64,000 nucleotides of DNA from an uncultured Verrucomicrobiae bacterium (GTDB lineage: Bacteria > Verrucomicrobiota > Verrucomicrobiia > Limisphaerales > Palsa-1400). Shown in pieces: positions 49,314 through 58,073 of the stretch. The notes below the pieces were generated by a model. That model ran no database searches, had not been told where the DNA came from, and was given only the letters and a program-made list of their open reading frames with translations. Every line of letters begins with the position of its first letter. The first letter of the stretch is position 1. The translations under genes were made by a program, and so were the position numbers. The stretch spans positions 640,001 to 704,000 of the forward strand of contig CAVXRD010000001.1 in NCBI GenBank assembly GCA_963764165.1, written 5' to 3'.

Positions 49314-49404
49314 TAATCATGCCGCCCCCGGGCGGCAAAAGGGGTTTTGCAACATCATAACACAGGCAGGCGATAAAGCCATTCCCTCTCGAACCGGCGG
49401 TGTC

Positions 49405-49752
49405 CTAATTTGCCTCCAATAGAACCGCCAAACTCTCCGCGACAAATTGGATGATGGAAACCTTGCAGACTGGGTAACCATTTCCTTTGCACCAAGACGT
49501 AATTGCAAGCGGGGTCACCACAATGCGTCGCGCAATAAACCCTTGGTCGTTGTAACGCTTTTCAAGATTCTTGATGTTCGCCCGGAAAGCTTCATAGGGA
49601 ATCGCGTTTTGTTGCTCGGGCAATGGCAGCATCGCAAGGACGCTTAAATAGTCCTGCTCACTCTCGTACCATTCCACTGGCAAGACGAGCGTGTCTGAAC
49701 TGGCGCTCTTCATTTTGCTTTGCACATCCGGCACACCAGCAAAGTTAACCAT
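49405..49752 (-). CDS. Hypothetical protein (lower GC)
   Basis: ORF fills the intergenic gap; WYESEQDY...PYE...SWCKGNG; start uncertain. Confidence 0.55.
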   Translation of the reverse strand: MVNFAGVPDVQSKMKSASSDTLVLPVEWYESEQDYLSVLAMLPLPEQQNAIPYEAFRANIKNLEKRYNDQGFIARRIVVTPLAITSWCKGNGYPVCKVSIIQFVAESLAVLLEAN

Positions 49753-49856
49753 TGGCCCCCTTTATTCAACCAAATCAGGGCCCGCCGGAAATTCAGGCCA
49801 ATATGAGTGATTTTCCTTGATCTCGCTCAGAGTTTCCCCTATGTTGGCCTCGCCCT

Positions 49857-50726
49857 ATGAGTCTATCCCAACTGAAATCAAAGGGGAATCTGGAGGAAAA
49901 GCACTGGAAAGCTTTAACGAGTCTTCTCGCCGACGATGACGCAAAGGTTTATCGCACCGTCCGTGAAACCCTTCTTTCCTACGGTCCTGCCATCGCCCAG
50001 CGCATGCGCGAGCATAGTTGGAGCACTGATCCGGTCCTTCGCCGCCGCGCCAAGGAAATCATCGATCACTTTTCCCGTCAGGAAGCCGACAACCAGTTCC
50101 TCGCCTTCTGCCTGAATCAAGGTGAAGATTTCGATCTCGAGCAGGGCGTTCTCCTGCTTTGCCGCACTCAATACCCGCAAATCAGCCTCGATGGCTATTC
50201 CGCCTGGATGGATGATTACGCCACCGAATTGCGCCAGCGCCTCGACCTCAACGGGCCTGTCGATCAGACCATTCGCGTCATCAACGATTACCTTTTTCGC
50301 GAATTGAAATTCGCGGGTGACGAGAAGAACTTCAGCGACCCGGATAACATTTATTTCAATCGCGTCCTAGATCGCCGCGTTGGCAACGGCATCAGTCTGA
50401 GCCTTCTCTATTTGCTGATCTCGCGCCGCTTGCGGCTGCCGATGACGTGCATTGGCTTGCCGGGAAATTTTCTGTGCCGCCTGCAGACCAGCCGGATGGA
50501 ACTCTACATTGATCCCCTCCACGGCGGTCGCCTTCTCGTGAAGGCGGATTGCGTGAAGCTGGTGATGAATTCGCAGCACCGCTTTGACGACAGCTTCCTG
50601 TCGCCCGTAAGCCCGAGGCGGATACTGCTGCGCATCTGCGCTAATCTGCACCAGATTTACACGCAGCAGAAATCGACGCTTCAGGCTGAACGTTTGCAGC
50701 GGTATTTGGTGGCACTGGCGAAATAA
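49857..50726 (+). CDS. SirB1/transglutaminase-core-2 family protein
   Basis: FAGDEKNFSDPDN, VLDRRVGNGISLS, GLPGNFL, RILLRICANL. Confidence 0.82.
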   Translation: MSLSQLKSKGNLEEKHWKALTSLLADDDAKVYRTVRETLLSYGPAIAQRMREHSWSTDPVLRRRAKEIIDHFSRQEADNQFLAFCLNQGEDFDLEQGVLLLCRTQYPQISLDGYSAWMDDYATELRQRLDLNGPVDQTIRVINDYLFRELKFAGDEKNFSDPDNIYFNRVLDRRVGNGISLSLLYLLISRRLRLPMTCIGLPGNFLCRLQTSRMELYIDPLHGGRLLVKADCVKLVMNSQHRFDDSFLSPVSPRRILLRICANLHQIYTQQKSTLQAERLQRYLVALAK

Positions 50727-50836
50727 GATTTATTCGGGGAACGCAGCCGCTGAGCCGCCCTATTCGTCCCATTCCTCTCATTTCTCGCAGGAAGATGGGA
50801 ATTAGAGGAATGATGGGAATAATGGGGATGTCTCCT

Positions 50837-51992
50837 TTACGTCTTTTTCACCTTCCGCATCCAGCCGCGCCATTGCCAGGCTGCGAGCATCGGGTCAAGG
50901 CGCGCCACCACCAGATAGGCGATTCGCGATTTGAATCGCGCCCACAATGTCCGTTTCGTCCGCCATTCCTCCAAATCAATCCGTTTGGAATGGGTCAGGA
51001 TCCGCTCGAAATATTTCCGCGCCTTCCTGAGCCAGTCGCGGGTCGGACAGGCGCAGCATGAGCTCGTAATTTATGTCCAGGGCGCGCGGGTCGAGATTGT
51101 TCGATCCGGCATAGACAATATTATCGAGCAAATACAATTTCGCGTGCAGGATCTGCGGCTGGTATTCGTAAATCTCCACGCCAGCGATGAGCAGGCGGCG
51201 ATAAAAGCTTTGGCCGGCCAGGCGCGACATTGGCACATCGCTTTTGCCGGGCAGAATCAATTGCACGCGCGATCCGCGCCGGGCTGCCCGCCCCAATTCG
51301 TAGCGGAGGCGCCATGGCGGCAGGAAGTAGGCGCAGACAATCCGCACAGACTTCGCCTTCGCCAAGTCCCGCCGCAGCGCGAGCTTCACTGGCTTCGTCG
51401 CGGCGGGGCCGCCCAGGAGCAGCTGCGCCGCGGGCGCCGCCACCACCTTGGGCTGCGCTTTCTTCCGCAATCGCACGAACGGCTGGAATGTAAAATCCGC
51501 GTTGGCGAACATTTGATCGAACGCCGCCGCCATTTCGGGAACAAGCGGCCCGCGAACGAGCATTCCCAAATCGCGCCAGCCGGAATTCACGCCGTCGCCG
51601 TCGTATTCGCTGGCAATGTTCACTCCCCCGATGAAGGCGAGGCGGTCGTCGCACAGCAACAGTTTGCGATGATCGCGAATGCTCGCCGTTTTCAATGTCA
51701 GCGTCAGCGGATTGAACCAGCGAAATTCGCCGCCGCACGTTCGCAACGGATTCCAAAAGGTGTCAGCCAGCCCCATCGAACCAAACGCGTCAACAAGAAC
51801 CTGAACTTTCACGCCGCGGTGGCAGGCGGCGGCCAGCGCATCGCGGACGCGCGCGGCGGTTTCGCCCGCGCGGACGATGAACATCTCGAGCCGGATGTTT
51901 TTTTTGGCCGCCCCGATCTCGGCCAGCATGCGGCGCAGCATCTCGGCGCCTGTCGCCAGCCATTCGTAATCGCGGGTGCCCTGCAAATTCAT
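50837..51992 (-). pseudogene. Cardiolipin synthase (ClsB-like phospholipase D) with one-base frameshift near the 3' end
   Basis: Two HKD motifs (HRKLLLCD, HAKLYLLD); frame stops at 50976 but continues in the +1 frame to TAA at 50837. Confidence 0.7.
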
Positions 51993-52996
51993 GTGACAAA
52001 GCCTCCGCCAGACTTGGCGCCGGGGCAATGGACGTTTGCACCCCATGTCTCTCGGATGGACTGCGGCGTGACGCCTTGTCCGCGCAAGGCGCGCAAACTT
52101 AACGCGTCTTCGCGTTTGGCCAAACGGCGCCCGCTTTCGTCCGTCATCAGCAAGCAATGAAAAAAATCCGGCGGACGCAACCCAAGCGCGCGATACAGCA
52201 AGATTTGCCGGGCGGTCGACAGCAGCAGGTCTTCACCGCGCACAACTTCCGTGATTCCCATTGCGGCGTCGTCCAATGTCACAGCTAATTGGTAGGACGG
52301 AACGTCGTCGTGCCGCCATACCACAAAGTCGCCAAAATCCCGGCCCGACACGAAGCGCTGCGGACCGCGGGCGCCGTCGGCGAATTCAACCGCTTCGCCA
52401 TCCGAAACCTGGAAGCGCCAGCTTGGCGGACGCTGGGATCCCAAAGGCAGGGACGCCTCGCCGTGGCGTCCGGTTGCGTGCCAAAATGGAACCTCACCCC
52501 GGACGCCTCGGCGAGGCGTCCCTACCTCGGAGCGGACCTGCGTTAACGCAGATTGATTTGTGCTCGGTTGGACAGACGGACGGCACGTCCCTGGATAAAC
52601 CGGCTCCTCGTCGCCCGCATGGGGAGCGCGGAGAGCGCGCATGACATCCTGCCGCGAGCAATAACACGGATAAACGCGGCCTTCCCGGCGAAGCTGCTCG
52701 AAACCGGCGCGGTAGAATTCGCGGCGCTCGCTTTGCGAATACGGCGCGTGCGGGCCGCCGCAATCGGGGCCTTCTGTCCAGCGAAATCCAAACCAGCGCA
52801 AATCCTCGATCATGGCCGCGGCGAATTCCGGGCGCGACCGACTCGGATCAAGATCCTCGTTGCGCAAAATCAGCGTGCCCCCCGCCGCGTCGGCCCGTTG
52901 CTGGGCCGTCCAGAATGTTCGCGCGTGGCCCAAATGCAAATAGCCGGTGGGCGATGGCGCGAGCCGTCCGCGATACGCGCCAGCCATGCCGCTCAC
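51989..52996 (-). CDS. gluQ: Glutamyl-Q tRNA(Asp) synthetase
   Basis: RLAPSPTGYLHLGH, EDLD, CYCSR...YPGTCR, VVRGEDL, RLAKR; no anticodon-binding domain. Confidence 0.9.
   Translation of the reverse strand: MSGMAGAYRGRLAPSPTGYLHLGHARTFWTAQQRADAAGGTLILRNEDLDPSRSRPEFAAAMIEDLRWFGFRWTEGPDCGGPHAPYSQSERREFYRAGFEQLRREGRVYPCYCSRQDVMRALRAPHAGDEEPVYPGTCRPSVQPSTNQSALTQVRSEVGTPRRGVRGEVPFWHATGRHGEASLPLGSQRPPSWRFQVSDGEAVEFADGARGPQRFVSGRDFGDFVVWRHDDVPSYQLAVTLDDAAMGITEVVRGEDLLLSTARQILLYRALGLRPPDFFHCLLMTDESGRRLAKREDALSLRALRGQGVTPQSIRETWGANVHCPGAKSGGGFVT
52445..52527. repeat. Family-A REPIN inside gluQ
   Basis: AGGCAGGGACGCCTCGCCGTGGCGTCCG ... CGGACGCCTCGGCGAGGCGTCCCTACCT. Confidence 0.92.
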
Positions 52997-54078
52997 CGTT
53001 GAATCCGGGCCGACCCGCCCTTCATGACGTGCATCACTTCATCGAGCAAAACCTGCGAGGTGTCTCCACGGGTGGTTTGCAGCAGCGCGCCGTGGGCCGC
53101 GCCGAAATTCACGATGTCCTCCGGCGGCATGCCCTTGATCAATCCGTAGGCGATGCCGCTGGAAAATCCGTCCCCGCCGCCGACGCGGTCTTCGATTTCC
53201 AAATCCTTGAACGTCCGCGCTTCGCAGAATTTTCCGTTCATCCACAAAATTCCGCCCCAATTATTGACAAGGCCGCTCTTGACCTCGCGCAGCGTCGTGC
53301 AAACGGCTTGGATGTTCGGATACGCTTCCACCACTCGAAGCACCATGCGCTTGTAGGCTTCCACCGGCAATTCGCGCAGATCATGTGTCGTGCCCTCAAC
53401 TTCAAAGCCGAGCACCTTTTGAAAATCCTCCTCGTTGCCAATGAGCACCTGGACATGCGGAATGATGTCCTTGGTCACGGCAATGGCTTTTTCGCTGCTC
53501 CACAATTTGCTGCGAAAATTCAGGTCGTAGCTCGTGATGGTTCCGGCCGAGTTGGCGGCTTGCAGCGCCGCCTTGGTGACCGCCGCACTGCTGTCGGAAA
53601 GCGAGGCAAGAATGCCGCCAGTGTGCAGCCAGAGTGCGCCTTCCTCGTCGAAAATTTTCTTCCACGAAATTTCCTCCGGTTTCATCGAAGTAATAGAGGA
53701 ATGGCCGCGGTCATACATGGTTACGCTGGCGCGCACGCCGGTGCCGACCTCGGTGAAATTCAAGCCGACGCGCCCTTTGCGGCCGACGCCATCGAATTTC
53801 TCCATGAGCACATGCGATACGTCCATCCCGACGGCGCGGGCGTGATTGAGGATGATGCGCGCGACGGGATTATCCGGCAGCTTGCTAATGAAACCGGTGC
53901 GCAATCCAAGCCGCGCGCAAGCGTAAGCGACATTGAACTCGCCGCCGCCCACATCGACTTCGAGCGTTTTGGAAAATTCGATGCGGCCGTGGCCGGGCGG
54001 AGCCAGCCGGACCATGCATTCACCGAGGGACAGGAGATCAAACCGGCACTTGGCCGGGTCACGTAATTGTAGCGCCAT
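52993..54078 (-). CDS. kdgK: PfkB sugar kinase (2-keto-3-deoxygluconate kinase-like)
   Basis: GGGEFNVA, YDLNFRSKLW, GNEED, DRVGGGDGF. Confidence 0.8.
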   Translation of the reverse strand: MALQLRDPAKCRFDLLSLGECMVRLAPPGHGRIEFSKTLEVDVGGGEFNVAYACARLGLRTGFISKLPDNPVARIILNHARAVGMDVSHVLMEKFDGVGRKGRVGLNFTEVGTGVRASVTMYDRGHSSITSMKPEEISWKKIFDEEGALWLHTGGILASLSDSSAAVTKAALQAANSAGTITSYDLNFRSKLWSSEKAIAVTKDIIPHVQVLIGNEEDFQKVLGFEVEGTTHDLRELPVEAYKRMVLRVVEAYPNIQAVCTTLREVKSGLVNNWGGILWMNGKFCEARTFKDLEIEDRVGGGDGFSSGIAYGLIKGMPPEDIVNFGAAHGALLQTTRGDTSQVLLDEVMHVMKGGSARIQR

Positions 54079-54141
54079 ATATTTAGTTCAGGCGAGATTA
54101 GAGGTGAGCGCGGCAAAATGCCATAAAATCACGCGCCCTTA

Positions 54142-54243
54142 AGGTAGACGCCTCGCCGAGGCGTCCGGTTGCGTGGGAAAAATGCCGTGGTTGGCGCATG
54201 AAGAGCGCCTCAACCCGGACGCCTCGGCGAGGCGTCCCTACCT
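54142..54243. repeat. Family-A REPIN
   Basis: AGGTAGACGCCTCGCCGAGGCGTCCG ... CGGACGCCTCGGCGAGGCGTCCCTACCT. Confidence 0.92.
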
Positions 54244-54268
54244 ATGGGACTTATACGACGCATAGGAC

Positions 54269-55444
54269 TTATACTTTCCCAATCCACTTGCGGTCTTCCC
54301 AGACGGCTTTGAGGGAAGTCAGGTTGCGACTGTCAAATATGTTTTTTGCCGCCGCCAGGACTTTGCCCTTTTTCAAATTGAGATAAGCATCGCTGGCGCT
54401 GATGGCCACGAATTGCAGCACGCTCGGATCGCGGTAGCAATCGATCATGCACTTGGTGCAGCCGTCGCGAATCAGCTTGGATTCGTCGAAATCGTAGATC
54501 GAGCACATCGGCTTGTCCCAAGCGTGGCAGCGGTAGAGGTTCAAGTTCCAATCGAGGTAGAAATACTTGTGGCCCCCGAGGCAGCCGAATTTTTCCGGCT
54601 CCTTCCGCAAATGCCGCTGCATTTCAGAAAGCGATTCCCGCGGGTTGACCACGGGATAACCGCTCGTGACTTTCATCCGCTTGATTTGCTCGAAAACACC
54701 GATCAGCTCCTCCGTTTTGTAATTGACCAGCGACGAATCGCTGAAACTCAAATAGCTCGAAGCCAGGCTGGTCAGCGGATAACTGAATGTGCAGCTCGCA
54801 AAACCGAGCGAGCGCAAAAATTCCGGCAGCTTCGCGTAATCATCAATCAGCCGGCTGGCGGTGACGCTGGCTGTCGTTTGCACGCCGAGTTCCGCAAAGA
54901 ATTCGTTGGCCCGTTTTATTTTCCGGCAGACTTCCGGCAAGCCGCGGTTTTTCTCGTGGCGGGCGACATCGTGTGAATCAATCGACATGATGACGCTGCT
55001 CAAACCGTCGGAGGCCAGCGCCCGCATGTTTTGTTCCGTCCACAACGATCCATTGGTGCAGATCATCGGGTGAATCCCCTTCTCTGCCGCGTAACGAACC
55101 ATCTCCCGGAGATTCTTGTGAACCAGCGGCTCGCCGCCCACGAACAGCAGATAGCCAATGTGATTCTTGACCGAAATATCGATGACGTCTTTGGCCTCTT
55201 GCAGCGTCACCGTCCGGCGCTGTTTGGGGTCAAAGCGATCCACCGCAAATCCGCAGAAATCGCATTTTGCGTTGCAGATATTAGTAATGGCGAACTGAAG
55301 GTAACCCGGCCCGCCGTGATTTAATATCTCGCCAACCATCGCCCCGAGTTTTTTCCTCGGTTTGACGACGGGCGTTAAAATCTCCGCCGCGCTGGAGGCG
55401 GAAGGCTTAACTGCTTTTTCTGGCAAGGCAAACACACTGCTCAT
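54269..55444 (-). CDS. Radical SAM protein with C-terminal SPASM-like cysteine domain
   Basis: CNAKCDFC, GGEPL, TNGS; CLGG...YRCH...CTKCMIDC. Confidence 0.88.
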   Translation of the reverse strand: MSSVFALPEKAVKPSASSAAEILTPVVKPRKKLGAMVGEILNHGGPGYLQFAITNICNAKCDFCGFAVDRFDPKQRRTVTLQEAKDVIDISVKNHIGYLLFVGGEPLVHKNLREMVRYAAEKGIHPMICTNGSLWTEQNMRALASDGLSSVIMSIDSHDVARHEKNRGLPEVCRKIKRANEFFAELGVQTTASVTASRLIDDYAKLPEFLRSLGFASCTFSYPLTSLASSYLSFSDSSLVNYKTEELIGVFEQIKRMKVTSGYPVVNPRESLSEMQRHLRKEPEKFGCLGGHKYFYLDWNLNLYRCHAWDKPMCSIYDFDESKLIRDGCTKCMIDCYRDPSVLQFVAISASDAYLNLKKGKVLAAAKNIFDSRNLTSLKAVWEDRKWIGKV

Positions 55445-55580
55445 ACTCGCAGGAAAAATGCCAACGGTTTCAAAAAATGTCTAGTCCCCCGTTGCGAATT
55501 TCAGTGTTAGAAAAACTCATTGAAAATAAGGTTTTCCCCTAGATAAATTCCCATGCGGAGACTTCAAATCCATCTCGCCA

Positions 55581-56429
55581 CTATAACATGCCATTATCAA
55601 TCAGGCGGGTTTTTCCAATAAAAACCGCCAGCGCAAGTTGCGTCCCTTTTTGCGCGTTTTCAACCTCCTCCAAAGTTTCGGGATCGAAGAACTCTATGTA
55701 ATCCACGCTGCTATCCGGCACTGAGGAAATGAGCGTCGACAGTTCGGCTTCCAACTTCTTCGCAGGGACGGGGCCCGGCGCAACCGCGGCCCTGGCGTAG
55801 TTTATCGCCTCGAACAAAACGGAGGCTTGCTGGCGCTGCTCTGGCGTAAGGTACTTGTTGCGGGAACTCATGGCGAGACCCGAAGGTTCACGCAAAGTCG
55901 GGCCAATGATGATCTTCAGCGGGAAATTCAGATCGTCCGCCATTTTCTTAATGACTGCCGCTTGCTGAAAATCCTTTTCCCCAAATACGGCCGCCTTCGG
56001 TTGGATAATGTTGAACAGCTTGGCCACGATGGTGGTGACGCCGCGAAAATGCGTCGGGCGGGCATCGCCTTCCATGCGTTTGGAAAGCCGCTCCTCCGCC
56101 ACGTAAGTGCTGTAGCCGCCGGGATACATCTCTCCGTCAGCGGGAGCGAAAACGACATCCACGCCGGCGTGCTCGCAAAGATCGCGGTCGCGGGAAAAAT
56201 CGCGCGGATAAGCCGCCAGATCCTCGGTGGGCGCGAATTGGGTGGGATTCACATAAATGCTCAGCACGACCACGCCTTTCTCCCCGACTGACTTGCGCGC
56301 CAGCGTAACCAGGCTCAAATGTCCTTCGTGCAAGAATCCCATGGTCGGCACGAGGCCGATGGGAATCTGGCGCGAACGCCATGCCTTGACTTGACGCTGC
56401 ATGGCCGAAACAGTCCGAATGACTTTCAT
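55581..56429 (-). CDS. panC: Pantoate-beta-alanine ligase
   Basis: VPTMGFLHEGH, YVNPTQF, FGEKDFQQ, GLAMSSRN, RLIDN. Confidence 0.96.
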   Translation of the reverse strand: MKVIRTVSAMQRQVKAWRSRQIPIGLVPTMGFLHEGHLSLVTLARKSVGEKGVVVLSIYVNPTQFAPTEDLAAYPRDFSRDRDLCEHAGVDVVFAPADGEMYPGGYSTYVAEERLSKRMEGDARPTHFRGVTTIVAKLFNIIQPKAAVFGEKDFQQAAVIKKMADDLNFPLKIIIGPTLREPSGLAMSSRNKYLTPEQRQQASVLFEAINYARAAVAPGPVPAKKLEAELSTLISSVPDSSVDYIEFFDPETLEEVENAQKGTQLALAVFIGKTRLIDNGML

Positions 56430-56449
56430 CAAATTTATCTCTGATATTT

Positions 56450-56564
56450 GGCAGGGCGAGACTCGGGAGGCGGAACTTCCGCTCGATCCTACTTTGGATT
56501 TTGCACCTTTGCGGTGTCCCGGTTCCCTAAATCCAATCAGGGCTCGACGGAGTCTTGCCCCACC
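56450..56564. repeat. Degenerate family-B-related REPIN
   Basis: GGCAGGGCGAGACTC ... GGCTCGACGGAGTCTTGCCCCACC. Confidence 0.65.
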
Positions 56565-56659
56565 GTCTAATGCGCCCGGTCAACGGTGTTGTCAAGGTGC
56601 CATGCTCGTAGGGTAGGGCCTGCTTTGACATTGGGCGGCTTTCGGCCATAGTTTTACCT

Positions 56660-57424
56660 ATGACCGATGAATCCGCCAGCGCCCTCCGCTTAGAATGCGA
56701 CCGATTGACCGCCGCTTTGGCAGAAAAAACGGCGCAATTGGATGCGATTTCAAAGGAATTTGAACAGTTCAGCCAGGCCATTTCCCACGATCTTCGCGCG
56801 CCGCTGCGGGCGGTCGAAGGATTTGCCCAAATTCTGGCGGAGGATTACGGAGACAAGCTCGACGAGGACGGCAAGCGCTGCATCGAAACTCTTTCAAACG
56901 GCGCGCACAAGGCTTCGGCGCTGATCGAGGCCCTGAGGGTGTTTACCCGCCTCTGCCGCGCTCCGTTTAACCCCGCCACGCTCGATATGAAGAAGCTGGT
57001 GGCTCAAAAAGTCGAGGAGTTCAAGGCCGAGGGGGCCGCGGCAAAATTCAAAGTCGAAGCGCTGCCCGAGGCGTGGGGCGATTCCCATTTGGTGGAGGCG
57101 ATTTTTGAGCAGTTGCTGTCGAATGCCGTGAAGTTCTCGCAATGCCAGACACGCCCTGTCATTGAAGTTTCCGGGCGCAAGGAGGCGGAAGGGTCGGTGT
57201 ATTCTGTCCGGGACAATGGAGTCGGATTTGATCCCAAATATGCCGGTCGTCTCTTCGCTGTTTTTCAACGTCTGCACGAGGAAAAGGATTTTCCGGGCTA
57301 CGGGATTGGCCTGGCCACAGTTCAACGGGCGGTGCATCGGCACGGCGGGAAAGTGTGGGTCGAAGCCAAGCTCAATGCCGGCGCGACGTTTTCCTTTACG
57401 CTGCCGGCGCCTCGTTCAAAGTAG
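56660..57424 (+). CDS. Histidine kinase core without sensor domain
   Basis: ISHDLRAPL, LLSNAVKF, DNGVGF, GIGLA. Confidence 0.88.
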   Translation: MTDESASALRLECDRLTAALAEKTAQLDAISKEFEQFSQAISHDLRAPLRAVEGFAQILAEDYGDKLDEDGKRCIETLSNGAHKASALIEALRVFTRLCRAPFNPATLDMKKLVAQKVEEFKAEGAAAKFKVEALPEAWGDSHLVEAIFEQLLSNAVKFSQCQTRPVIEVSGRKEAEGSVYSVRDNGVGFDPKYAGRLFAVFQRLHEEKDFPGYGIGLATVQRAVHRHGGKVWVEAKLNAGATFSFTLPAPRSK

Positions 57425-57505
57425 CGACGCTGCGGCGGGGCATCCCTGCCAACAACTAGCACTTTGAACTTTCAACATTGCGGCTCCTGCCCGTAAAGTT
57501 CCGGG

Positions 57506-58072
57506 ATGACGACGAAAGAAACAGTGGAAATTTTTCGCCGCACCGGCGCGCTGTTGGAAGGGCATTTCATTCTGCGCAGCGGATTGCACAGCCGCCAATA
57601 TTTCCAGTGCGCGCTGGCCCTGCAATTCATGCCGGACGTGGAGCGCCTTGGAGCGGCGCTGGCGCAAAAGCTTCACCCGCTCGGCGCAGCCACGGTTATA
57701 GCGCCGGCGATCGGCGGCTTGGTCATCGGGCAGGAAGTGGCGCGGCAATTGGGCGTGCGATTCATCTTCGCGGAGAAGGAAGAAGGCAAACTCGTCATGC
57801 GCCGCGGCTTTAAAATCGCGCCCGGCGAAAAAATTCTCGTGGTCGAAGATGTCGTGACCAAAGGCGGACGCGTCCAGGAAACCATCAACATCGTTCGCGC
57901 GCATCAAGGCAACGTGCTGGCGGTGGCCACGATCGTGGATCGTTCCAACGGGTTGGTCGATCTCGGCGTGCCGATGTTCAGTTTGCTGGCGTTGCAGGTG
58001 GAGGCGTTTCCCGCGGACAAACTCCCGCCCGATCTCGCGAAAATTCCCGCCGAGCATCCGGGCAGCAAGTAA
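57506..58072 (+). CDS. pyrE: Orotate phosphoribosyltransferase
   Basis: LLEGHFILRSGLHS, VVEDVVTKGG. Confidence 0.92.
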   Translation: MTTKETVEIFRRTGALLEGHFILRSGLHSRQYFQCALALQFMPDVERLGAALAQKLHPLGAATVIAPAIGGLVIGQEVARQLGVRFIFAEKEEGKLVMRRGFKIAPGEKILVVEDVVTKGGRVQETINIVRAHQGNVLAVATIVDRSNGLVDLGVPMFSLLALQVEAFPADKLPPDLAKIPAEHPGSK

Positions 58073-58073
58073 T

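Noticed and set aside
3539..54243. Repeat-spacer-repeat units as a possible CRISPR array
   Set aside because: Dispersed inverted doublets with variable spacers, not tandem direct repeats; no cas genes
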